Shown one piece after another: positions 29,902 to 37,712 of a stretch of DNA of 39,375 bases. Position 1 is the stretch's first letter. The number at the start of each line of letters is the position of its first letter. The stretch is from the IMG/VR virus record IMGVR_UViG_3300032295_003639, positions 1-39,375 of that record, one strand, 5' to 3'. Source of the stretch: a virus (lineage: Duplodnaviria; Caudoviricetes). The position numbers and the translations under genes are program-made. Below the pieces are notes generated by a model. That model saw nothing but the letters and a program-made list of their open reading frames with translations, was not told the origin of the DNA and did no database searches.

Positions 29902-30743
29902 AAACGGCAGCAGTTTTATTTTGTAGAAACGATGGTTATAAAGAAGATGAAAGAGCTATCGTTTGTTTAAATTCAATGATTGAAACTTTTGATGAAGTTT
30001 GGTACATTGATTGGAATTCACCTGAGGATAAAGGGTCATTACTTTGGAAAATTGAAGATAAACTAATTAAACAAGGTAAAGTTAAACACATTATTATTCC
30101 CCCAAGTATTGCTAAACAATTATCCCCTAATGGTAGTGTAGTCAATGGGTTAATCCCACCCAATTTAGTATTTAGAAGAACAGATGCTGATTGGATTGTA
30201 ACTACAACAATGGATATTATAGCACCTAAAAAAAAGATATTTGAAGATTTCCTCAAAACAGCTGATCCAAATACTTTTTATACTGTAGAAAGAAGAGATA
30301 TCGAGTATAAAGATGTAGAAGATTTTGGTTTTGATAATTGGAGAGAATATAGAGACCAATTAGATGATACAACAGAAGCAAGACGTTGGTTTACTAAAGT
30401 AACTCCAAGTGACAAATATAGTTTAATTAACTGTTGTGGAGACTTTCAACTAGCATCTCGTAATGTTTGGAATACTATAAAAGGATTTGAAGAAAAAATG
30501 ATTTATGCTTGTTATCCTGATACAAATGTACAGAAAAAAGCAGTATTAAATGGATTTGGTTTAGAAGCTGTATTTACTATTCCTTTATACCATATGTCTC
30601 ATGCAGGTATGGAAAATGATGGTTCATCACCATCAAAACAAAAATATAATGATCCTTGGGAATGGGTTGAGTTTTTTGAAGAATCTCAAAACACTAGTGA
30701 TTGGGGATTAGGCAACACAGAAATTGAATACGAAATTATTTAA
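29898..30743 (+). CDS. Putative GT-A glycosyltransferase
   Basis: RNDGY, IDWNS, TTMDII, CGDFQLA.R.VW..IKGFEE, YHMSH. Confidence 0.6.
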   Translation: MKTAAVLFCRNDGYKEDERAIVCLNSMIETFDEVWYIDWNSPEDKGSLLWKIEDKLIKQGKVKHIIIPPSIAKQLSPNGSVVNGLIPPNLVFRRTDADWIVTTTMDIIAPKKKIFEDFLKTADPNTFYTVERRDIEYKDVEDFGFDNWREYRDQLDDTTEARRWFTKVTPSDKYSLINCCGDFQLASRNVWNTIKGFEEKMIYACYPDTNVQKKAVLNGFGLEAVFTIPLYHMSHAGMENDGSSPSKQKYNDPWEWVEFFEESQNTSDWGLGNTEIEYEII

Positions 30744-30749
30744 CTTAAC

Positions 30750-30781
30750 TTGGATTCTTAAATAGTTATTATTAAATTCAC
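30750..30781 (+). promoter_or_regulatory. Class-I promoter variant (TTGG-N17-ATTAAATTCAC)
   Basis: Spacing conserved; first intergenic gap after the glycan operon. Confidence 0.5.
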
Positions 30782-30786
30782 ACAAA

Positions 30787-30945
30787 ATGATATTTGGATA
30801 TTATTCACGAAACGATAAAAACAAAGAATTGGTCTCAAAAACAGTAAGTACATCTCGTTTACAAGCAGCAAAAAATTTTTCTGAACGTAAACAATTAGAT
30901 TTAAAGACATTTTTGAAATTATATGCTGTTGTAACAATTATATGA
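30787..30945 (+). CDS. Small hypothetical protein (52 aa, not in ORF track)
   Basis: MIFGYYSRNDKNKELVSKTVSTSRLQAAKNFSERKQLDLKTFLKLYAVVTII*; follows the promoter, ATGA-coupled to 30942. Confidence 0.7.
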   Translation: MIFGYYSRNDKNKELVSKTVSTSRLQAAKNFSERKQLDLKTFLKLYAVVTII

Positions 30946-31313
30946 ATCCATTTGGTAAAAATATAACTATTAAACGCCGCAATGATGAACCTACAGAAAA
31001 AGAAATTTTTCTAAATATTGTTCAAATTGTAGATGAATGTTGGAAAAGAACCAAACACATGGAAGAAGAAATGGGTATGGGGGTTTCTAATTATGAGGAA
31101 CCCTTTTATCTTGTAATTGAAAATTTAGTATTTCTTCATTATGGTGAATGGAAAGGCCATATTGTTTTATGGTGGTTATTCGAACGTTTTAATGAGGAAG
31201 GTGAATTATTAGCCGTTGAACTTAATGATCACGATAAAAACACCACAGAAGAAGTATTAGTTGAAACCCCTGAACAACTTTGGGAGTTGATTAGAAAAAT
31301 AGAAATAAAATAA
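30942..31313 (+). CDS. Hypothetical protein
   Basis: 123-aa acidic ORF in operon. Confidence 0.7.
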   Translation: MNPFGKNITIKRRNDEPTEKEIFLNIVQIVDECWKRTKHMEEEMGMGVSNYEEPFYLVIENLVFLHYGEWKGHIVLWWLFERFNEEGELLAVELNDHDKNTTEEVLVETPEQLWELIRKIEIK

Positions 31314-31318
31314 AAGTT

Positions 31319-31633
31319 ATGATTACACGCTATTGTAAAGGATGTGGAGAACAAATTAATCCGAAGAGATTAGAGATTATTCCAACAGCAACAACTTGTG
31401 TTCCTTGCTCAACAACACAAAAAAGAGGAGCAGTCACAGTAATGAAAGGTGAAGGAGACCATACATGGGTCGAGACCATATTTATGGAACATGAAGATTT
31501 CCAACGTTATATGGAAGAAGAAGGCAAACTAAAACGTATGACCCTGAAAAGCCCTAAAGCTGAATATCAGGATTATGAAAGTGATGATGTTTCAATGAGT
31601 GATAGTGATATCCAAAATTTTACTGAAGAATAA
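31319..31633 (+). CDS. DksA/TraR-type C4 zinc-finger protein
   Basis: YCKGCGEQINPKRLEIIPTATTCVPC. Confidence 0.75.
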   Translation: MITRYCKGCGEQINPKRLEIIPTATTCVPCSTTQKRGAVTVMKGEGDHTWVETIFMEHEDFQRYMEEEGKLKRMTLKSPKAEYQDYESDDVSMSDSDIQNFTEE

Positions 31634-32277
31634 TGCCTAAAGCTAAACCATTATCGAAAGAATTGGTTTTGGCCGCAATGAACAAGACCAAATCAAACAA
31701 GGCAGCAGCTCGCTATCTGAATGTGTCTTATATTCATTATAAAAAATGGGCTAGATTTTATGATGCAACTAAAGAAGGATATCCTAATTTATTTGAACAA
31801 CATAAAAATCAAAGTGGCAAAGGCATTCCTAAATTCTTAAGTAATGGTAATCCAAGAAAAGATTTTGCATTATTAGATTTAATCGAAGGCAGAATTGACC
31901 CCTCTTCATTTAACCCAGCCAAAATTAAATATCGTTTAATACAAGAAGGTTATTTAAAAGAAGAATGCACTTCATGTGGGTTTAGTGAAAGACGAGTTCT
32001 TGATTATAAAATGCCTTTAATATTAAATTTTAAAGACAACAACAAGCAACATTATCGTCTTGAGAACTTAGAAATGCTTTGTTACAACTGTTATTTTCTT
32101 CAAATTGGAGACATATTTACGGGTAAACAACTTGAGGGTCTAGAAGACCATGTATCCAAGAATGAATCCAAAGTGGATTGGGACGTAGATGATTATACTC
32201 AACAACGTCTTAAAGAATTGGGATTATTTGATTCCCACCCAGTTGATGATGGTAGCGAATTTATTTCACGATTATGA
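31633..32277 (+). CDS. HTH plus degenerate HNH-like zinc-binding protein
   Basis: SNKAAARYLNVSY (HTH-like); CTSCG...LILNFKDNN...LENLEMLCYNCY. Confidence 0.65.
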   Translation: MPKAKPLSKELVLAAMNKTKSNKAAARYLNVSYIHYKKWARFYDATKEGYPNLFEQHKNQSGKGIPKFLSNGNPRKDFALLDLIEGRIDPSSFNPAKIKYRLIQEGYLKEECTSCGFSERRVLDYKMPLILNFKDNNKQHYRLENLEMLCYNCYFLQIGDIFTGKQLEGLEDHVSKNESKVDWDVDDYTQQRLKELGLFDSHPVDDGSEFISRL

Positions 32278-32462
32278 AAAAGAAACGAGTCCCCCTATTA
32301 AAAAAAGGCAAAAACAAGAAACACGATAAAATTGTTAATGATTTTGATAATCAAAAACAAAAACATCTTGAGAAACTAGCAACTAAAATGTTAGAAGAAC
32401 AAGATAAAATCAATAAATTGAAAGACAAAGAAATAAAAACCGATTTTTTTAAACTATTTTAA
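32274..32462 (+). CDS. Small basic hypothetical protein
   Basis: 62 aa, Lys-rich, coupled. Confidence 0.65.
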   Translation: MKKKRVPLLKKGKNKKHDKIVNDFDNQKQKHLEKLATKMLEEQDKINKLKDKEIKTDFFKLF

Positions 32463-32464
32463 TC

Positions 32465-32806
32465 ATGGCAGTCGAAATTACAGTCCAAAACTCAGATGAA
32501 TTCCAAGAAATGGTAGACAATAAAGATTTCCGTATTTCGGAAGCTGTTGTGGGTGGAATTTTAAAAAATGTAAATACAAAGAAAAAACATATTCATGTAT
32601 TATCTATTCATTGTATTGAAGATGATGCTATCTATGACATCACTGTTGAACGTAAATACTTTGCTGAAACATTAGAAGAAAATTTACCTTATTATGTTCG
32701 TGAAGAACGTTATGAAGATTGTCGAGTCATAGCAGATACAATTAATACACTTAAAAATCAAGATGTATTAGATATTGTAAAGCAGGTTGAGAAATCTAAA
32801 AAGTAA
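32465..32806 (+). CDS. Hypothetical protein
   Basis: 113 aa; EERYEDCRVIAD resembles a UvrB/C-like helical motif. Confidence 0.7.
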   Translation: MAVEITVQNSDEFQEMVDNKDFRISEAVVGGILKNVNTKKKHIHVLSIHCIEDDAIYDITVERKYFAETLEENLPYYVREERYEDCRVIADTINTLKNQDVLDIVKQVEKSKK

Positions 32807-32807
32807 T

Positions 32808-32839
32808 TTGGTTCCCCGAAATGGGATACGTATATTTAC
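32808..32839 (+). promoter_or_regulatory. Class-I promoter TTGG-N17-CGTATATTTAC
   Basis: Full consensus match. Confidence 0.75.
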
Positions 32840-32860
32840 ATAAACAAAAAAATAAAAGTT

Positions 32861-33190
32861 ATGAAGGAAAACAAAATGATTAGTCAAAAAACAATCGATT
32901 TGGCTAAAAAGCATTTGAAAAATGCTTTAAGTATTGTAGTAGTTGCATCTGTAGCTACAGCATCATTTAAATTAGGATCTAAATATGGTGTTGAAAAACC
33001 CAAAGATGAAAATCCTTATGCTCATGCGTTTTCACCTGAAGAAATTTCTATTGCTGTTAACGAAAGTAATGAATTGATTATGATTGAGAGAGCTACGGGA
33101 AATTACATTGTTTACAGCGATAAAATTGGTCAAACAATTTTTGGTATGTATGCTAACCGTATTAGTCAAGAAGTCAATGCTAGTAAATAG
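32861..33190 (+). CDS. Membrane-anchored hypothetical protein
   Basis: Hydrophobic ALSIVVVASVATASF; overlaps the SLT gene. Confidence 0.7.
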   Translation: MKENKMISQKTIDLAKKHLKNALSIVVVASVATASFKLGSKYGVEKPKDENPYAHAFSPEEISIAVNESNELIMIERATGNYIVYSDKIGQTIFGMYANRISQEVNASK

Positions 33191-33695
33191 TCTTAAAATC
33201 GGTATTGCCGTGGGAGCATTAGCTGTCGCGGCACTAACCGTTACTACTCCTGAACAAGATACACTCTCAGATGTAAGAATTCCGGATAGTATCGATCAAA
33301 ATTCCCCTGTTAGTTTACAAATGTACAATTATATTAAACAATATGCTGATACATTTGATATTCCACTACGTTATGCTTTTGGTATTGCAAATACTGAAAC
33401 AGGATATAGAGGACCATTTCACTGGAAATATAATCCTGCTCAAACATCTTGTGCTGGAGCAGTAGGACCAATGCAAGTAATGGTTTCCACAGCTCGTTGG
33501 ATTAATAAAGATAACGTATCTAAGGAAAAACTTAGAACAGATATTGAATACAATATCTATACATCAATGAAACTGTTAAGAAAATTATTCAATAAAAATG
33601 GAGATTGGAAAACAGTATTTGGAGAATATAATACAGGTCGTCCTTGTATTAATGGATATGCACATAAAGTCTATAATTATCAACCCAATTGGTAA
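33177..33695 (+). CDS. Lytic transglycosylase (SLT domain) with N-terminal signal/anchor
   Basis: Catalytic ETG, GAVGPMQV, NI..S.KLL, YNTG; ATG at 33177 precedes hydrophobic IGIAVGALAVAAL. Confidence 0.85.
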   Translation: MLVNSLKIGIAVGALAVAALTVTTPEQDTLSDVRIPDSIDQNSPVSLQMYNYIKQYADTFDIPLRYAFGIANTETGYRGPFHWKYNPAQTSCAGAVGPMQVMVSTARWINKDNVSKEKLRTDIEYNIYTSMKLLRKLFNKNGDWKTVFGEYNTGRPCINGYAHKVYNYQPNW

Positions 33696-33752
33696 AATAA
33701 ATTTAAAAAATAATTACGATATGTATTAGAGTACGTTTTAAACTCTAATAAC

Positions 33753-33896
33753 ATGGCAAAATTAAAAGCACAAACAGTAATCTTAAAAAAAGACACTTCT
33801 AAAACATCTCGTCCTGGGATTCATTCAAAATCAAAAACAAGTAAATTAAAATCAAGTAAAAATTATCGAAAACTATATAAAGGTCAAGGTAAATAA
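33753..33896 (+). CDS. Small very basic protein (47 aa, not in ORF track)
   Basis: MAKLKAQTVILKKDTSKTSRPGIHSKSKTSKLKSSKNYRKLYKGQGK*; the Y(R/K)GQGK ending resembles small basic proteins of T4-like phages. Confidence 0.75.
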   Translation: MAKLKAQTVILKKDTSKTSRPGIHSKSKTSKLKSSKNYRKLYKGQGK

Positions 33897-33911
33897 ATTA
33901 AATCAAAAGTT

Positions 33912-34034
33912 ATGAGTAAAACAAGTAATCACGCAAAATTGGAATGTTTGAAAATTTGGATTGAAAATCGCAAATACAAACCTAAGAAAAAAATCAAACC
34001 ACTCTACGTACAAAAGGACGAAGATGAAGATTAA
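33912..34034 (+). CDS. Small hypothetical protein (40 aa, not in ORF track)
   Basis: MSKTSNHAKLECLKIWIENRKYKPKKKIKPLYVQKDEDED*, preceded by the AAAAGTT start context. Confidence 0.6.
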   Translation: MSKTSNHAKLECLKIWIENRKYKPKKKIKPLYVQKDEDED

Positions 34035-34209
34035 AGCTAATGCTTTAGACATATTCGACTCACTCCCAGATGAATTATTAGTTCAAATTGCTTATAATGA
34101 TCCGGAAGCGCTAGAGGAATTATGCATGGCTCTCACATTAGAACTTCAATTACTGAAAGAAAAAACAAATGTTGAGAAAAAAGTAAAAAAAAGTAAAAAA
34201 TATTCATGA
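34024..34209 (+). CDS. Hypothetical protein
   Basis: Likely start ATG 34024 (MKIKANALD...) within track ORF 33961-34209. Confidence 0.6.
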   Translation: MKIKANALDIFDSLPDELLVQIAYNDPEALEELCMALTLELQLLKEKTNVEKKVKKSKKYS

Positions 34210-34237
34210 AGGGATTTGGCTTAGCCGAATCCCTTTT
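34208..34237 (+). terminator. 13-bp hairpin overlapping a class-I promoter
   Basis: GAAGGGATTTGGC-TTA-GCCGAATCCCTTT followed by a T-rich stretch. Confidence 0.55.
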
Positions 34238-34247
34238 GTATATTTAC
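34216..34247 (+). promoter_or_regulatory. Class-I promoter TTGG-N17-TGTATATTTAC
   Basis: Consensus match, followed by leader ATAAGATAAAAATAAAGGTTATG. Confidence 0.72.
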
Positions 34248-34269
34248 GCATAAGATAAAAATAAAGGTT

Positions 34270-34731
34270 ATGGCACTTTACAGATTTAGTAATTTAAACA
34301 AGTACGGGAATTGGAGACATAGAATTGTCTCGTGGCCTGATAATAAACCATTTTCACATGGTCCTGGATTTGGTAAGGCAGTTGGAGTACAACGTTTTAG
34401 ATACGAATATACACATGCTTATATGTCACCGGGATTACTTGTTTCACCTAAAGATGGACAAAAATATATTGTTCCATCTTGGCAAAAAGTACATCCTGAT
34501 ACTCAAATAAGTGATATTAACTGGATTAAACCTGAAGTAAAAGTAGTTGAATCAAAACCAACCTCAACACTAAATGAAGAATTTAAATTCGAATCAAAAA
34601 GCGAACCAGGTAGTTTTTATGTAGTTAGAGTAATAGGTGATAGAGTAAAATGTAATTGTGCAGGCCAATACAGAGCTAAAGATAGACAATGTAAGCACAT
34701 GAAAGAAGTTAAACAAAAATTAGGACTATAA
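34270..34731 (+). CDS. SWIM zinc-finger protein
   Basis: SKS..G.FY.V......CNC.......QCKH. Confidence 0.75.
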   Translation: MALYRFSNLNKYGNWRHRIVSWPDNKPFSHGPGFGKAVGVQRFRYEYTHAYMSPGLLVSPKDGQKYIVPSWQKVHPDTQISDINWIKPEVKVVESKPTSTLNEEFKFESKSEPGSFYVVRVIGDRVKCNCAGQYRAKDRQCKHMKEVKQKLGL

Positions 34732-35120
34732 TGTGCAATGTATCTTGGTGTAATAATAAAACAGAATTTTATAATAAAAAACAACGTTACAAATACTGTT
34801 CAACCCATATTCAGTATAAAAAATATGCTGCTAATGCTCCTGTACGTCCTTGGTTGATGTATAAAGTAGAAAAAGTAATTGATAATGATCTAGTATGTGA
34901 GCATTGTGGTTTAGATATGGTTCAACATTATAAAGATACCAATTTAAAAGCAATATTGACAGCAATGGATGTTGATCATATTGATTCAACTATTAAAGGT
35001 ACACCTGAGGGAGAACAACCAAGTAACTACCAATTACTTTGTAAAATGTGTCATATCATTAAATCATATGATGAAGGTGATTATGTGAATAAAAAATACA
35101 AAAAGGATTTGGAATCCTGA
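34731..35120 (+). CDS. HNH endonuclease
   Basis: CEHCG...DVDHID...NYQLLCKMCHIIKS. Confidence 0.8.
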   Translation: MCNVSWCNNKTEFYNKKQRYKYCSTHIQYKKYAANAPVRPWLMYKVEKVIDNDLVCEHCGLDMVQHYKDTNLKAILTAMDVDHIDSTIKGTPEGEQPSNYQLLCKMCHIIKSYDEGDYVNKKYKKDLES

Positions 35121-35140
35121 GATATTGTTCGTATATTTAC
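35109..35140 (+). promoter_or_regulatory. Class-I promoter TTGG-N17-CGTATATTTAC
   Basis: Full consensus match with the conserved leader. Confidence 0.75.
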
Positions 35141-35164
35141 GTATAAGATAAAAAGATAAAGGTT

Positions 35165-35593
35165 ATGACAGAAAAAACAGAACGCAGAGGTAGACCAGCA
35201 GAACAACCATTTGAAAAACCAGAAAAATGGATTCGTGAATTTTATGAAGTACCAACTAAACCTGAGTTGGGTTATAAAATGACTTATTATTATGATATTA
35301 ATAAAAGTGCTACAGGTCCTTATAAAACCGAAATTGTTTATCCTAAAGGTTATAAACATGATAAATTCACAGTTGAAAAAGGTAAAGCTTACAATAAACA
35401 ACCTGTAGTTTTAGTATTTAAAACATCAAATCGTTCAAATGCTCAAACTAAAATGAAAGTATTCGCAAATGAAAACATCGATTATATCCTATCATCTGAT
35501 AAATTAGTAGGTGTACCTGAAACAGCAATTATTTTAGAATGCGGAGTAGGTGAATCATTTATTGAATCTTGGAAATCTAAATATTCTCTTTAA
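35165..35593 (+). CDS. Hypothetical protein with N-terminal RRGRP (AT-hook-like)
   Basis: 142-aa ORF after the promoter. Confidence 0.7.
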   Translation: MTEKTERRGRPAEQPFEKPEKWIREFYEVPTKPELGYKMTYYYDINKSATGPYKTEIVYPKGYKHDKFTVEKGKAYNKQPVVLVFKTSNRSNAQTKMKVFANENIDYILSSDKLVGVPETAIILECGVGESFIESWKSKYSL

Positions 35594-35605
35594 TATTTAT
35601 TAACA
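35591..35605 (+). promoter_or_regulatory. Class-II motif TAATATTTATTAACA
   Basis: Identical 15-mer at 37667-37681. Confidence 0.5.
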
Positions 35606-35620
35606 TAAAATAAAAATAAA

Positions 35621-36313
35621 ATGGCTACAAGAGCACTAATTGGATACATTGAAAACGGAGTATTAACTACTACCTATAACCATTATGATGGTTATCCTGA
35701 TAATTTAGGTAAAGCATTAAATAATTTCTTTAATTCACCAACATTAGCAAAAGATATTGCTAATTATGGTTATATTAGTTATATTGATCCTGAAACAGGT
35801 GATATTGAAGCTGCTAATCAAGATACTCCTGATAAATTAGATCTTAATAAAATGGATCCTGAAGATGCAGTTGAAAGAGTAGCAGCATTAGTAGATTCGT
35901 ATGGAGCTGATTATGCTTATTTCTATAGTCCAAATGCTGATAATTGGGATGTTGTTAAAAACAACGGTATTCGTTCTATGGTAGATGCTTTAGAAGGTAT
36001 TTTATTTGGTGATTTTGATAACACCTATGATGAAGAAGAAATGAACGAAGAAACTAAAGATACTAAAGGTCATGTAATGATGTTACTTGATAAATTAGAA
36101 TCTAAATTTGGTAAAACTGAAGCTGAAAATTTTAAAGCCTACCAAGAATCAGTAATGCGTGATGTTAAAGCAGGTGGATCTCGTTTAACCCAATATGAAG
36201 ATTTTGATATCGATGCCATGGAAGAAGATTATAAAAATTATATTTCTGATAAAATGGAAATGGATGAATCATTCATTACTCAGATGAAATACAAAGCAGG
36301 TATTATTAAATAA
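35621..36313 (+). CDS. Phage hypothetical protein (MATR...HYDGYP domain plus acidic tail)
   Basis: N-terminal motif I recall as common in phage proteins; acidic C-half ending KAGIIK. Confidence 0.75.
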   Translation: MATRALIGYIENGVLTTTYNHYDGYPDNLGKALNNFFNSPTLAKDIANYGYISYIDPETGDIEAANQDTPDKLDLNKMDPEDAVERVAALVDSYGADYAYFYSPNADNWDVVKNNGIRSMVDALEGILFGDFDNTYDEEEMNEETKDTKGHVMMLLDKLESKFGKTEAENFKAYQESVMRDVKAGGSRLTQYEDFDIDAMEEDYKNYISDKMEMDESFITQMKYKAGIIK

Positions 36314-36333
36314 TTTAGAATTATTCTAAATGA

Positions 36334-36365
36334 CGAAGGGATTTGGCTTTGCCGGATCCCTTTCG
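36334..36365 (+). terminator. Hairpin overlapping a class-I promoter
   Basis: CGAAGGGATTTGGC-TTT-GCCGGATCCCTTTCG, a near-copy of the 34208 hairpin. Confidence 0.5.
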
Positions 36366-36374
36366 TATATTTAC
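36343..36374 (+). promoter_or_regulatory. Class-I promoter TTGG-N17-CGTATATTTAC
   Basis: Full consensus match. Confidence 0.75.
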
Positions 36375-36377
36375 CAC

Positions 36378-36515
36378 ATGATGAAAAAGTTAGAAAAGAT
36401 AGAATTGACAATCCACGAGTGGAACGAAGCTATGCGTATGCCTACTCCACATCGTAATAAAAAGAAATACTACAGAAAAGAAAAGCACAAAGATGCTTGG
36501 AAATCTGAGAAATGA
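36378..36515 (+). CDS. Small basic protein, probably leaderless
   Basis: MMKKLEKIEL...HRNKKKYYRKEKHK; the ATG lies only 3-6 nt after the promoter box. Confidence 0.65.
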   Translation: MMKKLEKIELTIHEWNEAMRMPTPHRNKKKYYRKEKHKDAWKSEK

Positions 36516-36528
36516 TTCGTATATTCAC
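36497..36528 (+). promoter_or_regulatory. Class-I promoter TTGG-N17-CGTATATTCAC
   Basis: Full consensus match. Confidence 0.75.
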
Positions 36529-36550
36529 AAGGTAAGAAAAAATAAAGGTT

Positions 36551-36883
36551 ATGGAAAATCAAAAATTGTTTATTGAGTTAGCTAAAGTATTAAATGCTAA
36601 AGGTGCTAACATTAGTATGGAAAGCTTATTCCAAGATGGAAAAATCATTCATTCTGATATTCCTGAAGTAAGAGGTTATATGGGTCCTGAAGGTGAAGGA
36701 TTTTATTTTAGAGCAAATCATAAATACTTTGGAATTAGTGAACTTGAAATTGCTGAATTATTCCCAATTACTATAGATAATCATATCATTAGAATGGTAA
36801 GTTTTAGTGAATTTGAAATTGAATTCGATGGTGATCGTTATTACCCAGAATCATTTTCATTCATTGTTGAAAAAATTGCCTAA
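36551..36883 (+). CDS. Hypothetical protein
   Basis: 110-aa ORF with AATAAAGGTTATG start. Confidence 0.72.
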   Translation: MENQKLFIELAKVLNAKGANISMESLFQDGKIIHSDIPEVRGYMGPEGEGFYFRANHKYFGISELEIAELFPITIDNHIIRMVSFSEFEIEFDGDRYYPESFSFIVEKIA

Positions 36884-36888
36884 AATAT

Positions 36889-36920
36889 TTGGCTTCCCAA
36901 TCTCCAATTCGTATATTTAA
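36889..36920 (+). promoter_or_regulatory. Class-I promoter TTGG-N17-CGTATATTTAA
   Basis: Consensus match with the conserved leader. Confidence 0.75.
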
Positions 36921-36942
36921 ACATAAGATAAAAATAAAGGTT

Positions 36943-37314
36943 ATGAAAAACACAAACAAATCAATTTTGACAGCTGAGTGGTTAACAATTAAGTCAATGT
37001 ATGAAGCCAATACTAATGGCTCAAGTAAATATGGGACCAATTTTCCAATTGGTGGTGAATTAGACCAATTGTCATTAGATTTTATTGATAAATTAGGGGT
37101 CTTGACCACACAATTGGGCTTTGAATGCACTGTAGATGGTGTCCATATGAATTTGTGGAAAGAACGTATTTGGTCACTTGTTGAAAATGCCGGTCTTTTA
37201 CAAGATATTGCTTGGAAAACTGATATGGAAGACGAAGAGACCGAAATCAAAGACACATGGTATTCAGATAATGATGAGTTTGATTACGAAATTACAGAAC
37301 CAGAAATGCTATGA
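36943..37314 (+). CDS. Hypothetical protein with acidic C-terminus
   Basis: True start is probably ATG 36943 after the leader; the track start at 36889 lies in the promoter. Confidence 0.72.
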   Translation: MKNTNKSILTAEWLTIKSMYEANTNGSSKYGTNFPIGGELDQLSLDFIDKLGVLTTQLGFECTVDGVHMNLWKERIWSLVENAGLLQDIAWKTDMEDEETEIKDTWYSDNDEFDYEITEPEML

Positions 37315-37445
37315 CACCCGAAATCAAAGAACGTTTGTATAGAGAATTAATGCATATGTTAATATTACTTGAAGAAGGTAATATCCGGGAAACAAAAATT
37401 GAACTTGAAGATTTAATTAATCGTTTAAAATACAATAAAATATGA
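37311..37445 (+). CDS. Small hypothetical protein (44 aa, not in ORF track)
   Basis: MTPEIKERLYRELMHMLILLEEGNIRETKIELEDLINRLKYNKI*; ATGA overlaps at both ends. Confidence 0.7.
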   Translation: MTPEIKERLYRELMHMLILLEEGNIRETKIELEDLINRLKYNKI

Positions 37446-37666
37446 AATTTTTAAAATTAACAGGATTTGGAAATGAACATTCACATTTAATTTCCCTTAA
37501 ATCTATTGCTGATATTCACTTTGAACCTAATTATACTAGTATTACTTTGAATAGTGGTAATAATATAAATGTAATCGAAAGTGAAACAGATATTGAAAGA
37601 ATGATTAATTTCTCTGGAGGATATATCATAAATGAGAACGCACTTAATAACAATTTACCATTTTAA
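37442..37666 (+). CDS. Small beta-rich hypothetical protein (FlbD-like pattern)
   Basis: MKFLKLT...I....I..I....T.ITL.SG..I.V.ES..DI. Confidence 0.6.
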   Translation: MKFLKLTGFGNEHSHLISLKSIADIHFEPNYTSITLNSGNNINVIESETDIERMINFSGGYIINENALNNNLPF

Positions 37667-37681
37667 TAATATTTATTAACA
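37667..37681 (+). promoter_or_regulatory. Class-II motif upstream of the carbamoyltransferase
   Basis: TAATATTTATTAACA, identical to 35591-35605. Confidence 0.5.
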
Positions 37682-37712
37682 CATAGTTATTAAAAAAATA
37701 GTTTATAGATAA

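Noticed and set aside
32808-36945. CRISPR array or mobile-element repeats
   Set aside because: The repeats are irregularly spaced, separated by whole genes and explained as promoters/leaders. The Cas4-like nuclease has no other cas genes nearby.
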